DNA from: Salpingoeca rosetta
Taxonomy: Eukaryota; Protista; Choanoflagellata
Assembly: GCA_033442325.1 (NCBI GenBank)
Contig: JAWQFM010000027.1
Location: 811,047-875,046, forward strand
DNA: 64,000 bases
Direction: 5' to 3'
Each line of letters opens with the position of its first letter. Positions within the stretch are counted from its first letter, which is position 1. This document shows positions 1-25,286 of this stretch, in pieces. The notes beneath the pieces were generated by a model, which did no database searches, had not been told where the DNA came from, and worked only from the letters and a program-made list of their open reading frames with translations. The position numbers were made by a program, and so were the translations under genes.

Positions 1-276
1 GAATAAGTGCGAGTAAGTGAATAAGCTTTGTGTGCGTGTGTGTGTGTGTGAGTGTGTGAGTGAGTGAGGGAGAGAGGAGAAGGAGAGTGGAGAAGCTGAG
101 CGATGTGAGGGCTGGGTGAAGGGGTGAGGAGTTGGGAGTGCGCACAAACACGCATAGATACAAGCACACACATGTACACAAACACATGCACACACACACA
201 AACACATGCACAGACACTCACACACGCGCGCACGCACATGCACAGACACTCACACACGCGCGCACGCACCACACAC

Positions 277-282
277 CTTCAT
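277..282 (-). CDS. Possible first micro-exon (Met-Lys) of a minus-strand gene running off the window start
   Basis: Minus strand reads GCC ATG AAG|GTGTGG. The following sequence is TG-rich then CA/pyrimidine-rich in sense orientation, like other introns here. No protein evidence. Confidence 0.3.
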
Positions 283-416
283 GGCCAACCGCCGCCACTG
301 TGGTCTGTCGATGTGTCTTCCTTTGCCTTGATGAATTTGATCCGTTTTCGGTTTACTCTCGTGTTTGCTTCTTGGTTGAACAGAGGGAAGTTGCTCGCGG
401 CAGCCAAGATGAACGA

Positions 417-490
417 TCCCTTGTGGCGCAATTGGCTAGCGCGTTCGACTGTTAATCGAGAGGTTGCAAGTTCGAGCCTTGCCAAGGGAG
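417..490 (+). tRNA. tRNA-Asn(GTT)
   Basis: Cloverleaf: acceptor TCCCTTG/CAAGGGA, D arm GCGC-AATTGGCTA-GCGC, anticodon arm TTCGA-CT GTT AA-TCGAG, T arm GCAAG-TTCGAGC-CTTGC, discriminator G. T8 Pol III terminator at 496-503. Confidence 0.95.
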
Positions 491-495
491 CACGC

Positions 496-552
496 TTTTT
501 TTTGGTTTCTTTTTTGCCTTAGTTAGCCACAACACAAAGCAAAAAAAAAAAA
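496..552. terminator. Pol III oligo-T terminators between convergent tRNA genes
   Basis: T8 at 496-503 follows tRNA-Asn. A12 at 541-552 is a T12 on the minus strand just after tRNA-Gly copy 1. Confidence 0.8.
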
Positions 553-559
553 GAAGCGT

Positions 560-667
560 TGACTCAGCCGGGATTTGAACCCGGGCCTCCCGCGCACTGA
601 GTGTCATGGCGACACTGGGAGAGAAAGAAATTGGCAGGCGGAAATTGTACCCCTCAACTACTGAGTC
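560..667 (-). tRNA. tRNA-Gly(GCC) copy 1, 37-nt intron (595-631)
   Basis: Minus strand: GACTCAG TA GTTG AGGGGTA CAAT T TCCGC CT GCC A [intron] C GCGGG AGGC CCGGG TTCAAAT CCCGG CTGAGTC A. Intron is at canonical position 37/38; its 3' CAGTG can form the anticodon-intron pair with C32. Confidence 0.85.
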
Positions 668-759
668 TCGTACTGACCAAGGGGGAGTAGGAGCAGGATT
701 TGAATCAGTGCCGGGAGGCTGCGAAGATGGCGAAACCGAGAAAAAAAAGAATAGAACAG

Positions 760-866
760 TGACTCAGCCGGGATTTGAACCCGGGCCTCCCGCGCACTGA
801 AGCGCTCTTGGTTAAGCGCTTGGGAGAAATTGGCAGGCGGAAATTGTACCCCTCAACTACTGAGTC
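760..866 (-). tRNA. tRNA-Gly(GCC) copy 2, 36-nt intron (795-830)
   Basis: Mature sequence identical to copy 1, 3' ends 200 bp apart, different intron. A8 at 741-748 is the minus-strand terminator. Confidence 0.85.
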
Positions 867-1068
867 GCGCTCTTGTTATGTGCCCAAGGGGAAAATCTGT
901 ATATCAAAAGGATCGAGCCTCTGCAAACAAAACAACAACTTGGCTTTTGCTTGTCTTCTTGTGCTTTGCTCCTTCTTTCTTGTGCTTTGCTTCTTCTTGT
1001 GCCACGACCGACTTGGACGCAGACAGGCAAACACCAAGCACACACGAAGCCACACAGCCACAACAACG

Positions 1069-2091
1069 ATGGCAGACAGGCACGCGCAGCAATCAGGAGG
1101 CAGTGGGGCGCATCAGCAGATCCCAGAGCCCTTTGTGACCTTCTATGGCGAGGAGTGCCTCCACGCAGGTGCGTTTGCTCGTGCATCATTCGCGTGTGCT
1201 CGTGTGTCGTGTGGGGTTTTGCCGAACAAAACCACTGTGTGCATCATCTATCATCCACACGCACGCGCCCATATTGAACTCACACCCACGACGTGGATGC
1301 GAAATGTGATTTTAGATGACACTGTGACGTACCTCCCGCCGAATGACAACCCCAAGGCCGGGACGCTGCTTGTCACAACATTCAGGCTGCTCTTCAAGGT
1401 GCGTCGTGATTGAGTGACCTGCGAACACTATCGTGCTGAGCATGTACAGATCCTGTTTCGGTATTGTATCACATGCTCGTCACTCCTTCTCCTTTGTCGT
1501 TGCCGCCACAGAGCACAGACTCTGATGAATACCATGTGGAGTTACCCCTTGGTGCCATTGACAAGTTTGAAAAGGTGCAGTCTTCACGATGTGTGTGTGC
1601 TTGTCTATGTGCGTGAGTGTTTGTGCATGTGCATGCGTGTGATTATCTATGTGTTTGTGTTTGTGTTCGTGTTTGTGTATGTGTTTGTGTTTGTGTTGTG
1701 TATGTTGTGGGAACTAAAGTGAAGGTTGTGTTTGTCCCTGTGTCATCGTTCCTCCTCACGTTTTGCTGTACGTGCTCTTTTTGCCTTGACATGCAACGTT
1801 CTTGCGACTGCATGCGTCTCTTAGGTTGGCGGTGCAACGAGCCGGGGCGCTTACGCATATGGTGTCGAGATCCACTCCAAGGTACGCCTATGTAGGGTAC
1901 CGACCGCTGTTGTTGCGATTGTCTTGTTGCTATCGTCTTGTTTCTTCCATTCACTCTGCTGCTGCAATGTTCACAGGATCTGCGTACGTTGCGGTTTGCG
2001 CACAACCCCAAAGAGCACTCGCGTCGCCGCCTGTACGAACTCCTCTCCCGCCACGTGTTTCCTCTCTCAAACGGTGCGCTGACTGTGCTTG

Positions 2092-2128
<37 letters not shown>

Positions 2129-2785
2129 CTGCGTGTGTGTTTGCGTGTGTGTTTGACGCAGGTTTTGACGCAGGTGTGTGTGTGTGTTTTCGTCACACAT
2201 TGGGCTTGATTGTCACGTCACTGCTCCAGCGATCATGTATCACTCATTCGTGGTTTCTTCGTATCGGCGTGCACTGCAGGCGTTCCCGCGTACTGCGAAT
2301 ACTACCAAGGGCGCATGCACCTGAAGAAGGCCGACGACAACGAGCCAACCAAGGGCTGGACAATCTACTCCGTTCACAAGGAGGCGGAACGCATGGTGCG
2401 CACGTGTTCATGTGTTCTTGTGTGTCTGTGTGTGTTTGTGTGTGTGTCTGTGTGTGTCTGTGTGTGTGTGTCTGGCTGGCTGTCTGTGTGCGATTTCGTC
2501 TGTCACATGTGCATGCCAGACCACATCACAATCTCACATGTCCACCGTCATGCCCCACACCACCACCACCACCACACCACCACCACCACCACCACCGCCG
2601 CCGCCGCCGCCGCCATCATCACCAGGGTATCCCTGAGGACAAGTGGCGGGTGACGTCGATCAATGCGGACTACTCGCTGTGCTCGACATATCCACAGCAC
2701 CTCATCGTGCCGGCCACCGCCACAGATGACGACCTGCGCGCTGTTGCCCGTTTCCGCAGCAAGGGCCGCTTGCCAGGTGCGACTG

Positions 2786-2868
<83 letters not shown>

Positions 2869-3945
2869 GTGTGTGTGTGTGTGTGTGTGTCGTGTGTGTG
2901 TGTGTGTGTTTGTGTGTGTGTCCGTGGCTTGCACCAGCCTAACAGACACCCAGATCTGGCTCTTGAGGAACTGAGCGAGCGAAACCTCGAGTGGCTTCAA
3001 GACAGCGACGACGGCTGGGTGTCGTTGGGTTCGTCCTATATCTGAGAGTTCTTCTAAGGACTAATACTACAACACCGCCTTTAGAACTCGAAATTTTGTG
3101 TGTGTGTGTGTCTGTGCGTGTGTGTGTGTGTGTGTTTGTGTCTGTGTGTCCGTGTGTGTCTGTGTGTCCGTGTGTGTCTGTGTGTGTGTGTGTGTTTGTG
3201 TGTGTCTGTGTGTCCGTGTGTGTCTGTGTGTCTGTGCATATGTGTGTGTGTGTCTGAAGCAAGGCTGTTGTACTGTTGTTGGTGCATCATCGTGTATGTT
3301 CATGCACATCTTACACAAACGCACACGTACAATTGCAAAAACAAATGCGTATTCACACACGCACACGCGAACACGCGCAAACACACGCGACCGTCACTCG
3401 TGTTGTGCAGCGCTGTGCTGGTACAACCGGCGCAACGGAGCGACAATCACGCGATGCAGCCAGCCGCGTGTTGGTGTTGTTGGAAAGCGAAATCACACCG
3501 ACGAGCAGTACATCGAGGCCATTCGCAAACTGGTGCGCGAGCGAGTGTGAGTGAGTGTGTGTGTGTGTGCGTGTGTGTGTGCGTGTGTGTGTGTGTGTTC
3601 ATTTGTGTCTGTCTGTCTGTCTGTCCATTCCGCGTTTGTGCGTGTGTGTCTTTGCATTCATATGCTTCAACCCCATTCCAACCCCCTCTCGCCCCTCTCC
3701 CCTCCTGCTCGCAGAACCCGACGCACCCGGAGCAGCTGCGCATCATGGACGCCCGCCCCCGCAGAAACGCAATGGCAAACCAAGCAAAGGTGCATACATA
3801 CGCTGTGTTCGTGTGTGTGTGTGTGTGTGTGTGTCTACCTTCATGCGCACGTTGTATCTCCAACACCATCACCACCCCATTCTTCACCACCATCTCATCC
3901 ACCATGAACGATTCACCATTCACCATTCACCATTCACCATTCACG

Positions 3946-4037
<92 letters not shown>

Positions 4038-4179
4038 TCCAATGCGCCACCGCGGCAGGGCCTCGGGTACGAGTCGACGACGGCGTATCCAAACTGTGAC
4101 ATTGCGTTCCTCAACATCCACAACATCCACGTCATGCGGGACAGTCTGCGCAGAGTCAGGTAATCATGATGATGATGAC

Positions 4180-4250
<71 letters not shown>

Positions 4251-4642
4251 CGCGGCGAACAATGGCGGTGGTGTGAAGAAAACACGTGAGATGTGAGATG
4301 TAATGATGGTGGTGGGTGGTGGTCGTCATCGTGGCTGTGTCCCAACCAATCAAAGGCCTGCTTGTTGGCTCACATGACCACATTCGCACACGTGTCCACA
4401 TGTCCACGTGTAACCCAGAGCGATGTGCTGGCCTGAGCCGGACGAGCATAATTGGTTTGCCAACTTGGAGGCAACGGGCTGGCTCAAGCACCTCAGGGTC
4501 AGTGCCGTGGCTGTTCTTCATGCACCTGCGTGTGCACGTGCATGTACATCTCTGTGCATGTTTGCACCTGACACACACGCACACACGCACACACACACAC
4601 GCGCGCGCACACGCACACACACACACACACGCACACACACAC

Positions 4643-4679
<37 letters not shown>

Positions 4680-6822
4680 ACACTCACGTACGTTGCCCAC
4701 TGTCCACCCTCCATCACTGCCGCCGCCGCCACCACCACCACGTCCTTGGGCACCACAGGCCATCCTGTCGGGTGCCGTGTCGATTGTGGACTTGGTTGAC
4801 AGCGGGCAGTCTGTGCTGATTCACTGCAGCGACGGCTGGGACCGCACCGCCCAGCTCTCCGCGCTCGCCCTAATCATGCTTGACCCGTTTTACCGCACGC
4901 TGGAAGGGTTTCAGGTGCTGATTGAGAAGGAGTGGCTGTCCTTTGGCCACAAGTTTGGGCAGCGGCTTGGCCTCTGCGACAAACACCACAACGACGAGCA
5001 GGTGCTTATGTGTGTGTATGTGTGTGTATGTGTGTATATGTGTGTGTGTATGTGTGTTTGTGTGTGTGTGTGTGTGTGTGTTAGTGTGTGTGTGTGTGTG
5101 TGTTAGTGTGTGTGTGTGTGTGTGTGTGTGTGGCTGTGTGTCTCTCTGTGCCAGTGATTCGCTTTGCGTGAGTTAGTATGTGTGTGTGTGTGTGACGACG
5201 AGCACGTGTTCTCGCACCATTCACATCACCAACTCGGTTTCGCGCTCTCACACCACCACCACACGACACGACACATCTCGTAACACCACCACCACCACCA
5301 CCACCGCCGCCGCCGCCATTTCCCAGCGGTCGCCGGTGTTCCTGCAGTTTATCGACTGCGTGTGGCAGCTGAGCGAATTCTTCCCGTGCGCATTTGAGTT
5401 CAATGAATCCCTCCTCATCTTCATCCTCGACGAAATGTACAGGTCAGATGCACCCGCCCCACGCATACGCACATGTTATCCATGCACATCTTTGACACAC
5501 ACAAACACATAATGATGCCCGCCCACACGCACACAATACACGCATCATGCAATCAATGCACATCATGCGCGCACATCACACTGCACACTGCACACAATGC
5601 ATACGTACACTGTTCACACCGTTCACACGGTTGAGCGTGCGCCCTCTGCACTTGGGATCTGCGACTGCAGCTGCCTGTACGGGACATTCATGCACAACAA
5701 CGAGAAATCGCGGCAGAAATTGCGGACAACAACGCTGTCGATGTGGGACCACGTGCTCGCGTTCCGACACGAATTCATCAGCCCTTTCTTCGACCCGGCT
5801 GCCACTGTACGTGCAATGCTCTGTCTCTGTGTGTGTGTGTGCATGATACTGTGTGCATGATACTGTGTACATGATACTGTGTACATGATACTGTGTGCAT
5901 GTGTGCATGATACTGTGTGCATGTGTGTGTGTGTGCCTTCAGATGTATACGCTGCGCCGGCCATCAAACCATCAACATTAACCCCAATACCAGCACCAAT
6001 CATCATCCCCATTCCCCTTAACCCTCACTATTTGTCGTCATCACCAATCGTCACCCGTGACCCCTTCAGCCGACTGTGCTCAAGTATCCCGTGAGCATCC
6101 GCAATCTCCAGCTGTGGCAGGGCTACTTCCTCCGATGGTCCACCCAGTTTCGCCCAAAGGTTCGCAGCGGCGCGGTGAAGGGCTCGAGAGGATGGGGCTC
6201 CTGTGTGAATGATTGGTGATGGTGATTGTGGTGATTGCCGTGATTGCCGTGATTGTGGTGATTGTGGTGATTGTGGTGATTGTGATCGCACCGCTTGTGA
6301 ATGCGGTGAATGATTGGTGATTGGTGGTGGCGATTGCCGTGATTGTGCTCGTTTGTTTATGTTTGGAACACGTCACATGCCAGCTCCCCTTCGTGTTCAC
6401 CCCACCATTCACCACCACCACTCGAATCGTCAATCATCATCACCAATCATCATCACCAATCATGACCACCATTTTGTCAGGAGGATCTGGTTGCGCGGTT
6501 CCGGTCGATGCAGACGACAATTGAGGAGTTGGAGCTGCAGTGCGCAGCGGTGAAGAGCACACTCGAATCCAAAGGTGTTGGCAATGGTGATGGTGGTCGT
6601 GATGGTGATGGTGACACTGACGGCGGTGGTGCAAGGCAGGGGCTGGACGAAGGAGACGGCGCAACGAACAACAGCAATGATGATAGCGATGGTGGTGGTG
6701 ATGATGAGGGTGATGATGATGATGAGGGTGATGATGATGAGCAGGAGCACACGGGACAGCAAAGAGATGGGGCGGGCGAGTCGTGGGCAAGGCCGCGTGA
6801 GCGCACGGTCAGCAACGCATGA
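1069..6822 (+). CDS. Myotubularin (MTM1/MTMR1/MTMR2-like) phosphoinositide 3-phosphatase, ~16 exons
   Basis: Catalytic HCSDGWDRT at 4822-4848. Also [86 protein letters not shown]-like N-terminus and acidic tail; TGA ends at 6822. Confidence 0.95.
2922..3097 (+). mobile_element. Structured ~175-nt insertion in an intronic (TG)n tract (putative retroelement 3' fragment or ncRNA)
   Basis: Non-repetitive segment flanked by (TG)n on both sides, with two long hairpins (2936-3031, 3046-3089) containing G-U pairs on the + strand. Confidence 0.4.
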
Positions 6823-6858
6823 TGCAAGCAGCTGCAGTGAGGAGACAAGTGGACTGGG

Positions 6859-6923
<65 letters not shown>

Positions 6924-6930
6924 GTACGTA

Positions 6931-7766
6931 NNNNNNNNNNNNNNNNNNNNNNNNNNNNNNNNNNNNNNNNNNNNNNNNNNNNNNNNNNNNNNNNNNNNNN
7001 NNNNNNNNNNNNNNNNNNNNNNNNNNNNNNNNNNNNNNNNNNNNNNNNNNNNNNNNNNNNNNNNNNNNNNNNNNNNNNNNNNNNNNNNNNNNNNNNNNNN
7101 NNNNNNNNNNNNNNNNNNNNNNNNNNNNNNNNNNNNNNNNNNNNNNNNNNNNNNNNNNNNNNNNNNNNNNNNNNNNNNNNNNNNNNNNNNNNNNNNNNNN
7201 NNNNNNNNNNNNNNNNNNNNNNNNNNNNNNNNNNNNNNNNNNNNNNNNNNNNNNNNNNNNNNNNNNNNNNNNNNNNNNNNNNNNNNNNNNNNNNNNNNNN
7301 NNNNNNNNNNNNNNNNNNNNNNNNNNNNNNNNNNNNNNNNNNNNNNNNNNNNNNNNNNNNNNNNNNNNNNNNNNNNNNNNNNNNNNNNNNNNNNNNNNNN
7401 NNNNNNNNNNNNNNNNNNNNNNNNNNNNNNNNNNNNNNNNNNNNNNNNNNNNNNNNNNNNNNNNNNNNNNNNNNNNNNNNNNNNNNNNNNNNNNNNNNNN
7501 NNNNNNNNNNNNNNNNNNNNNNNNNNNNNNNNNNNNNNNNNNNNNNNNNNNNNNNNNNNNNNNNNNNNNNNNNNNNNNNNNNNNNNNNNNNNNNNNNNNN
7601 NNNNNNNNNNNNNNNNNNNNNNNNNNNNNNNNNNNNNNNNNNNNNNNNNNNNNNNNNNNNNNNNNNNNNNNNNNNNNNNNNNNNNNNNNNNNNNNNNNNN
7701 NNNNNNNNNNNNNNNNNNNNNNNNNNNNNNNNNNNNNNNNNNNNNNNNNNNNNNNNNNNNNNNNNN
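6931..7766. other. Assembly gap (N run) flanked by (TG)n and (CA)n
   Basis: N characters; hides the 3' end of the hotdog-fold gene. Confidence 1.
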
Positions 7767-7839
<73 letters not shown>

Positions 7840-7851
7840 CAACACGCCAAC

Positions 7852-8626
7852 CTTCTTGTGATAGGTGGTTGAGAGGCCGGTGACAATGCCCCTGATCTTG
7901 AAGTCCCCGTGCAGCGTCATCTGCTCAATCTGCGACGTCACCAAGATGCCCGACACAAACTCCCTACAACATGAACGTGTGGACGGTGGATGGTGGGGGA
8001 TTGCGTGAGAAGCACAAAATATCACAAAACATCGCGGCACGCGCACGAACACGCAACAAAAGAAGACGCATAGTTGCATCCAATCCACCCACACATTTGC
8101 AGCATACACACCCCAACACCAGCATGCAAGCACACACACACATAAGCACACACACACACACACAAGCACACACACACACACAAGCACACAAGCACCATCA
8201 GCAGCACAAACAGAACAACAACCAAAACCACGCGTCTCTGACACAACAAACAAAGATGGAACCCTACCCGAGGTTGGTCATGGCGACGGCGTGCACGCTG
8301 TTGAACGGGTTGTGGAGCCAGGGTCGTTCCAAGATGAAGCCTTCCGCGTAATCTGAGGTCATGACGGTCAGCATGGGGTTGACGGAAGCCGTGTATGGGG
8401 CGGCAAGGTGCACAAGGCCCGCAAACGCATAGCGCCCAAAGAACGGAACCTGAGCACACGACTGCCACAGCCCAAACGTCGACAGGGCGTGCGAGCGGCC
8501 ATGCTTCATCGAGTTCAAGACCACCATCGGCGCCGTCATTGCCGTGCCAACCACGGCGGCAGACGCAAGCCACAGCTTGTCCAGTGGGCGGATCGCCCAG
8601 CGCAGTATGCCACCAAGTCCAATCAT
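7852..8626 (-). CDS. Hotdog-fold thioesterase-like protein (DUF4442/PaaI type), 3' end lost in gap
   Basis: Exons 8626-8268 and 7963-7852 splice in frame: ...AAPYTASVNP...ERPWLHNPFNSVHAVAMTNLGEFVSGI...RGIVTGLSTTYHKK. Matches the hotdog pattern APY..S..P...N....VHA.A..NL.E...G...Y.KK. Confidence 0.75.
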
Positions 8627-8865
8627 GGTGCTTGTACAACAACAATAACTCAAGTGAGGGAAGATGAGGGGAGTGGGGTGTTTGTTGTTTGTTGTTGCAG
8701 AGTCAGTCAGCCAGTGTGTGTGTTTGATATTGCTCGCCAACCAAAACCAACAACTGACATGAACTGAATTCAGTCTTGTTTGCTGTCCGACACCACAATT
8801 TGTAGTCGGATATCGCCACTGGTGCTGGCTGCGTGTTGACGAGAGAAGCAACGACGACAGAGAAG

Positions 8866-22092
<13,227 letters not shown>

Positions 22093-22806
22093 ACCACCAC
22101 CACCACCATGGTGTTGCACACGCACACAGAGCGAGAGAGAGCGAGAGAGAGCGAGAGAGAGCGAGATACACACACAGACACACACAGACACACACAGACA
22201 CACACACACCACACAGACACACACACACACACACCACACACACACACTCACTCACACACACTCACACACACTCACTCACACACTCACTCACACACACACA
22301 CACACAAGCCTGCCAAGCAAGTTTTTTGTGCTGTCGTTGTGTGAAATACCGATAAACATGTGGAGATGTTCACAAATTTTCTGTTCTTGGAAACGCTTGG
22401 CGCAACAACAACAACAACAACAAACGCACAGCCCAGCCAGCCAGCGTCAAGCCAACAGCCAAACATTCACACGCACCCTCCACCCCACCAACACACATCA
22501 TCACCAACGCCTGCAAACACACTCACACCCTCATCATCAGATCATCTATCATTGATTGACAACCCACCACCTGTGTCCACCCACCTGCTTGATCCGCTCC
22601 CTGTTGCACCAATCCACCCACGCCTCCCTGTTGCACCAATCCACCTTTCGCACACGTTGCTCTTTGAATTGCTTGTCGCCGTTGTCCTATCTTGTTTTGT
22701 TGGCTGGCGAACATTGATTGAGCTGGGTTCATCCGCGTCATCGTCATCGGCATTACTGGGCCTTACTGAAGCGGGCGCACCACAAAGCTCACACGCCGCT
22801 GGCAGC

Positions 22807-23152
22807 ATGAACCGCTACGACATCTCCAAGACGCTTGGAGATGGAACCTATGGCTCTGTGTTGCTTGCCAAGAACAAGCAGACTGGCGAGACGGTCGCCA
22901 TCAAGAAGATGAAGAAGAAATACTACGCATGGGATGAGTGCATCGCCCTGAAAGAAGTCAAAGTACGTTGTGTGTGTGCGTGCGTGTGTGTGTGTGTGTG
23001 TGTGCGTGTGTGTATGTGTGTGTGTGTGTGGCTGGATTTGTATGTGTGTGTATGTGTGAGTCTGTGTGCGTTGTGTGTCTGCTGGCTGTTCATGTTGAAC
23101 GTCCTGTAACAGGTTTGTGGTTTGCGCTACCGCTGTATCTTTGCACCATCGG

Positions 23153-23218
<66 letters not shown>

Positions 23219-23645
23219 CGCTGAAGAAGCTGCACCATCCAAACATTGTGCGGTTACGTGAGCTTGTCCGGGAGAACAACACGCTGTACATGATCTTCGA
23301 GTACATGGAGTCCAACATGTACGATCTTATGAAGACAAGGTACAGGACAACAGGCATGGCCTTTGCTTGCACCGCTTGCCATTGTTGGTGCCCTTGTACA
23401 TACATATGCTGTAGATACATATGCTGTTTTAGGGCCCCACGCACATACACACCCTTGTTACTGCCTGACATGATAATTTAACAACGCCCGTCGATGTTTG
23501 TTGTTTGCACCTCCCCTCCTCCCACCCCCCTTGTGACAGGAAAAAGGGCTTTCCCGAGCCCGTTGTCCGGAACATGACATACCAAGTCTTGCAAGGCCTT
23601 GCTTACATGCACAAGCAAGGTGTGTTTTTTGACCCATTACAGGAG

Positions 23646-23743
<98 letters not shown>

Positions 23744-24823
23744 CACACACACACACTTCCAGCACACGCCTTTTTCATCCATCCACCCATCCACCCCCAC
23801 CCCCTTCTCACCATTCCCTCGTCGTGACACCACCACCACCGCCACCGCTATCATCACCTACGCCAACCGTGCAGGCTACTTCCACCGTGACCTGAAGCCG
23901 GAAAACCTGCTGTGCAACGGAACAGAGTTGGTGAAGATTGCTGATCTTGGGTTGGCGCGCGAGGTACGGTCACGCCCGCCATATACGGACTACGTGTCCA
24001 CACGCTGGTACCGCGCACCCGAGGTGCTCCTGCGATCGGTCAACTACAACTCGCCCATTGACATCTGGGCCATTGGGACCATCATGGCAGAGCTGTACAC
24101 GCTGCGGCCGCTGCTGCCGGGGAGCAGCGAGGTTGACGAGCTGTTCAAGATCACGGCCGTGCTGGGCGCACCCACACAGGCAACGTGGCCAGAGGGGCTG
24201 AAGATGGCTGCCAACATGAACTTCCGCTTCCCGCAGATGGTTGGCACTCCGCTGCGCACCCTCATCCCGCAGGCGAGCGCGGAGGGCATTGACCTGATGG
24301 CCGCGACGATGATGTGGAACCCGTCGAAGCGGCCAAACGCGCTGCAGTGCTTGAAGCACGACTACTTCTCGAAGCACCAGCCGTTCCCCGAGGTGCCCGT
24401 GAACAAGTACTCTGCACCCCCGCAGAGCAGCAAGAAGAACAAGGCGGCAACGGGGGCTGCAGACGCACGATCAGCACACACGCGTCCACCACGCATGCCC
24501 GCACCAAAACGCGAGCCATCTGCCAAGATGAGGGGAGCGGCAGCAGCATACAACCCCGCCCCGACACACACGACAGCAAACCAACAGCAACAACAAGCAC
24601 ACCACCAACAACAGCAACAGCAACAATCGTCGTATCAGATGCCTGGTGGCGGTGGCGGTCACAACTACAACCGCGGCAGCAGAGAAACATCAGCCCGCTA
24701 TCGTCACAGCCGCGAATCATCTGCAAGAATACGCGGCGACCCTTGGCGCAGGGTGAGCATGCATGCTTGTGTGCGCGTGTCTGTGTATCTGTGTGTGTAT
24801 TTGTGTGTCTGACTGTGTGTGCG

Positions 24824-24867
<44 letters not shown>

Positions 24868-25229
24868 TGTGTGTGTGTGTGTTTGTGACTTCCCGTGCAC
24901 CCCCAACCTTTCACACATGCGACCCCTCAAACTCATGCCACCACCATCACCATCATCATCATCACCACCATCACCACAACTGCAGGACTCTGCGGAGATG
25001 GCACCGCCTGCTGGTGGGCGGCGGCAGTGGGGACGACGTGTGCAGCCCGACGCATCGCCATCGTCGTCGTCATATCAGCCCTCGCAACCGACACACGGGC
25101 GAAGGGCGCAGGGCGCCGTGGCGGGAACCAACGCAGCAGCGGTGCTCACGTCGCTCTCTGGACAGAAGCAGCGTCTCTCCTCCGATTGGGGCGCAGACTT
25201 GATGGCGTCAGGCAGCAAACAGGTGTGTA

Positions 25230-25286
<57 letters not shown>

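Noticed and set aside
560-866. The duplicated ~107-bp unit as a CRISPR-like repeat, or as tRNA-Trp(CCA)
   Set aside because: It folds as an intron-containing tRNA; the anticodon stem and anticodon-intron pair place GCC, not CCA, at 34-36.
2961-3050. C/D snoRNA (TGAGGA...CTGA), H/ACA snoRNA or hammerhead (CTGA..GA..GAAA) reading of the intronic element
   Set aside because: C box is imperfect and buried in a stem, there is no ANANNA hinge, hammerhead core spacing is wrong, and no rRNA guide match was recognised.
6460-8253. Long ORFs spanning the N gap
   Set aside because: Artefacts of translating Ns.
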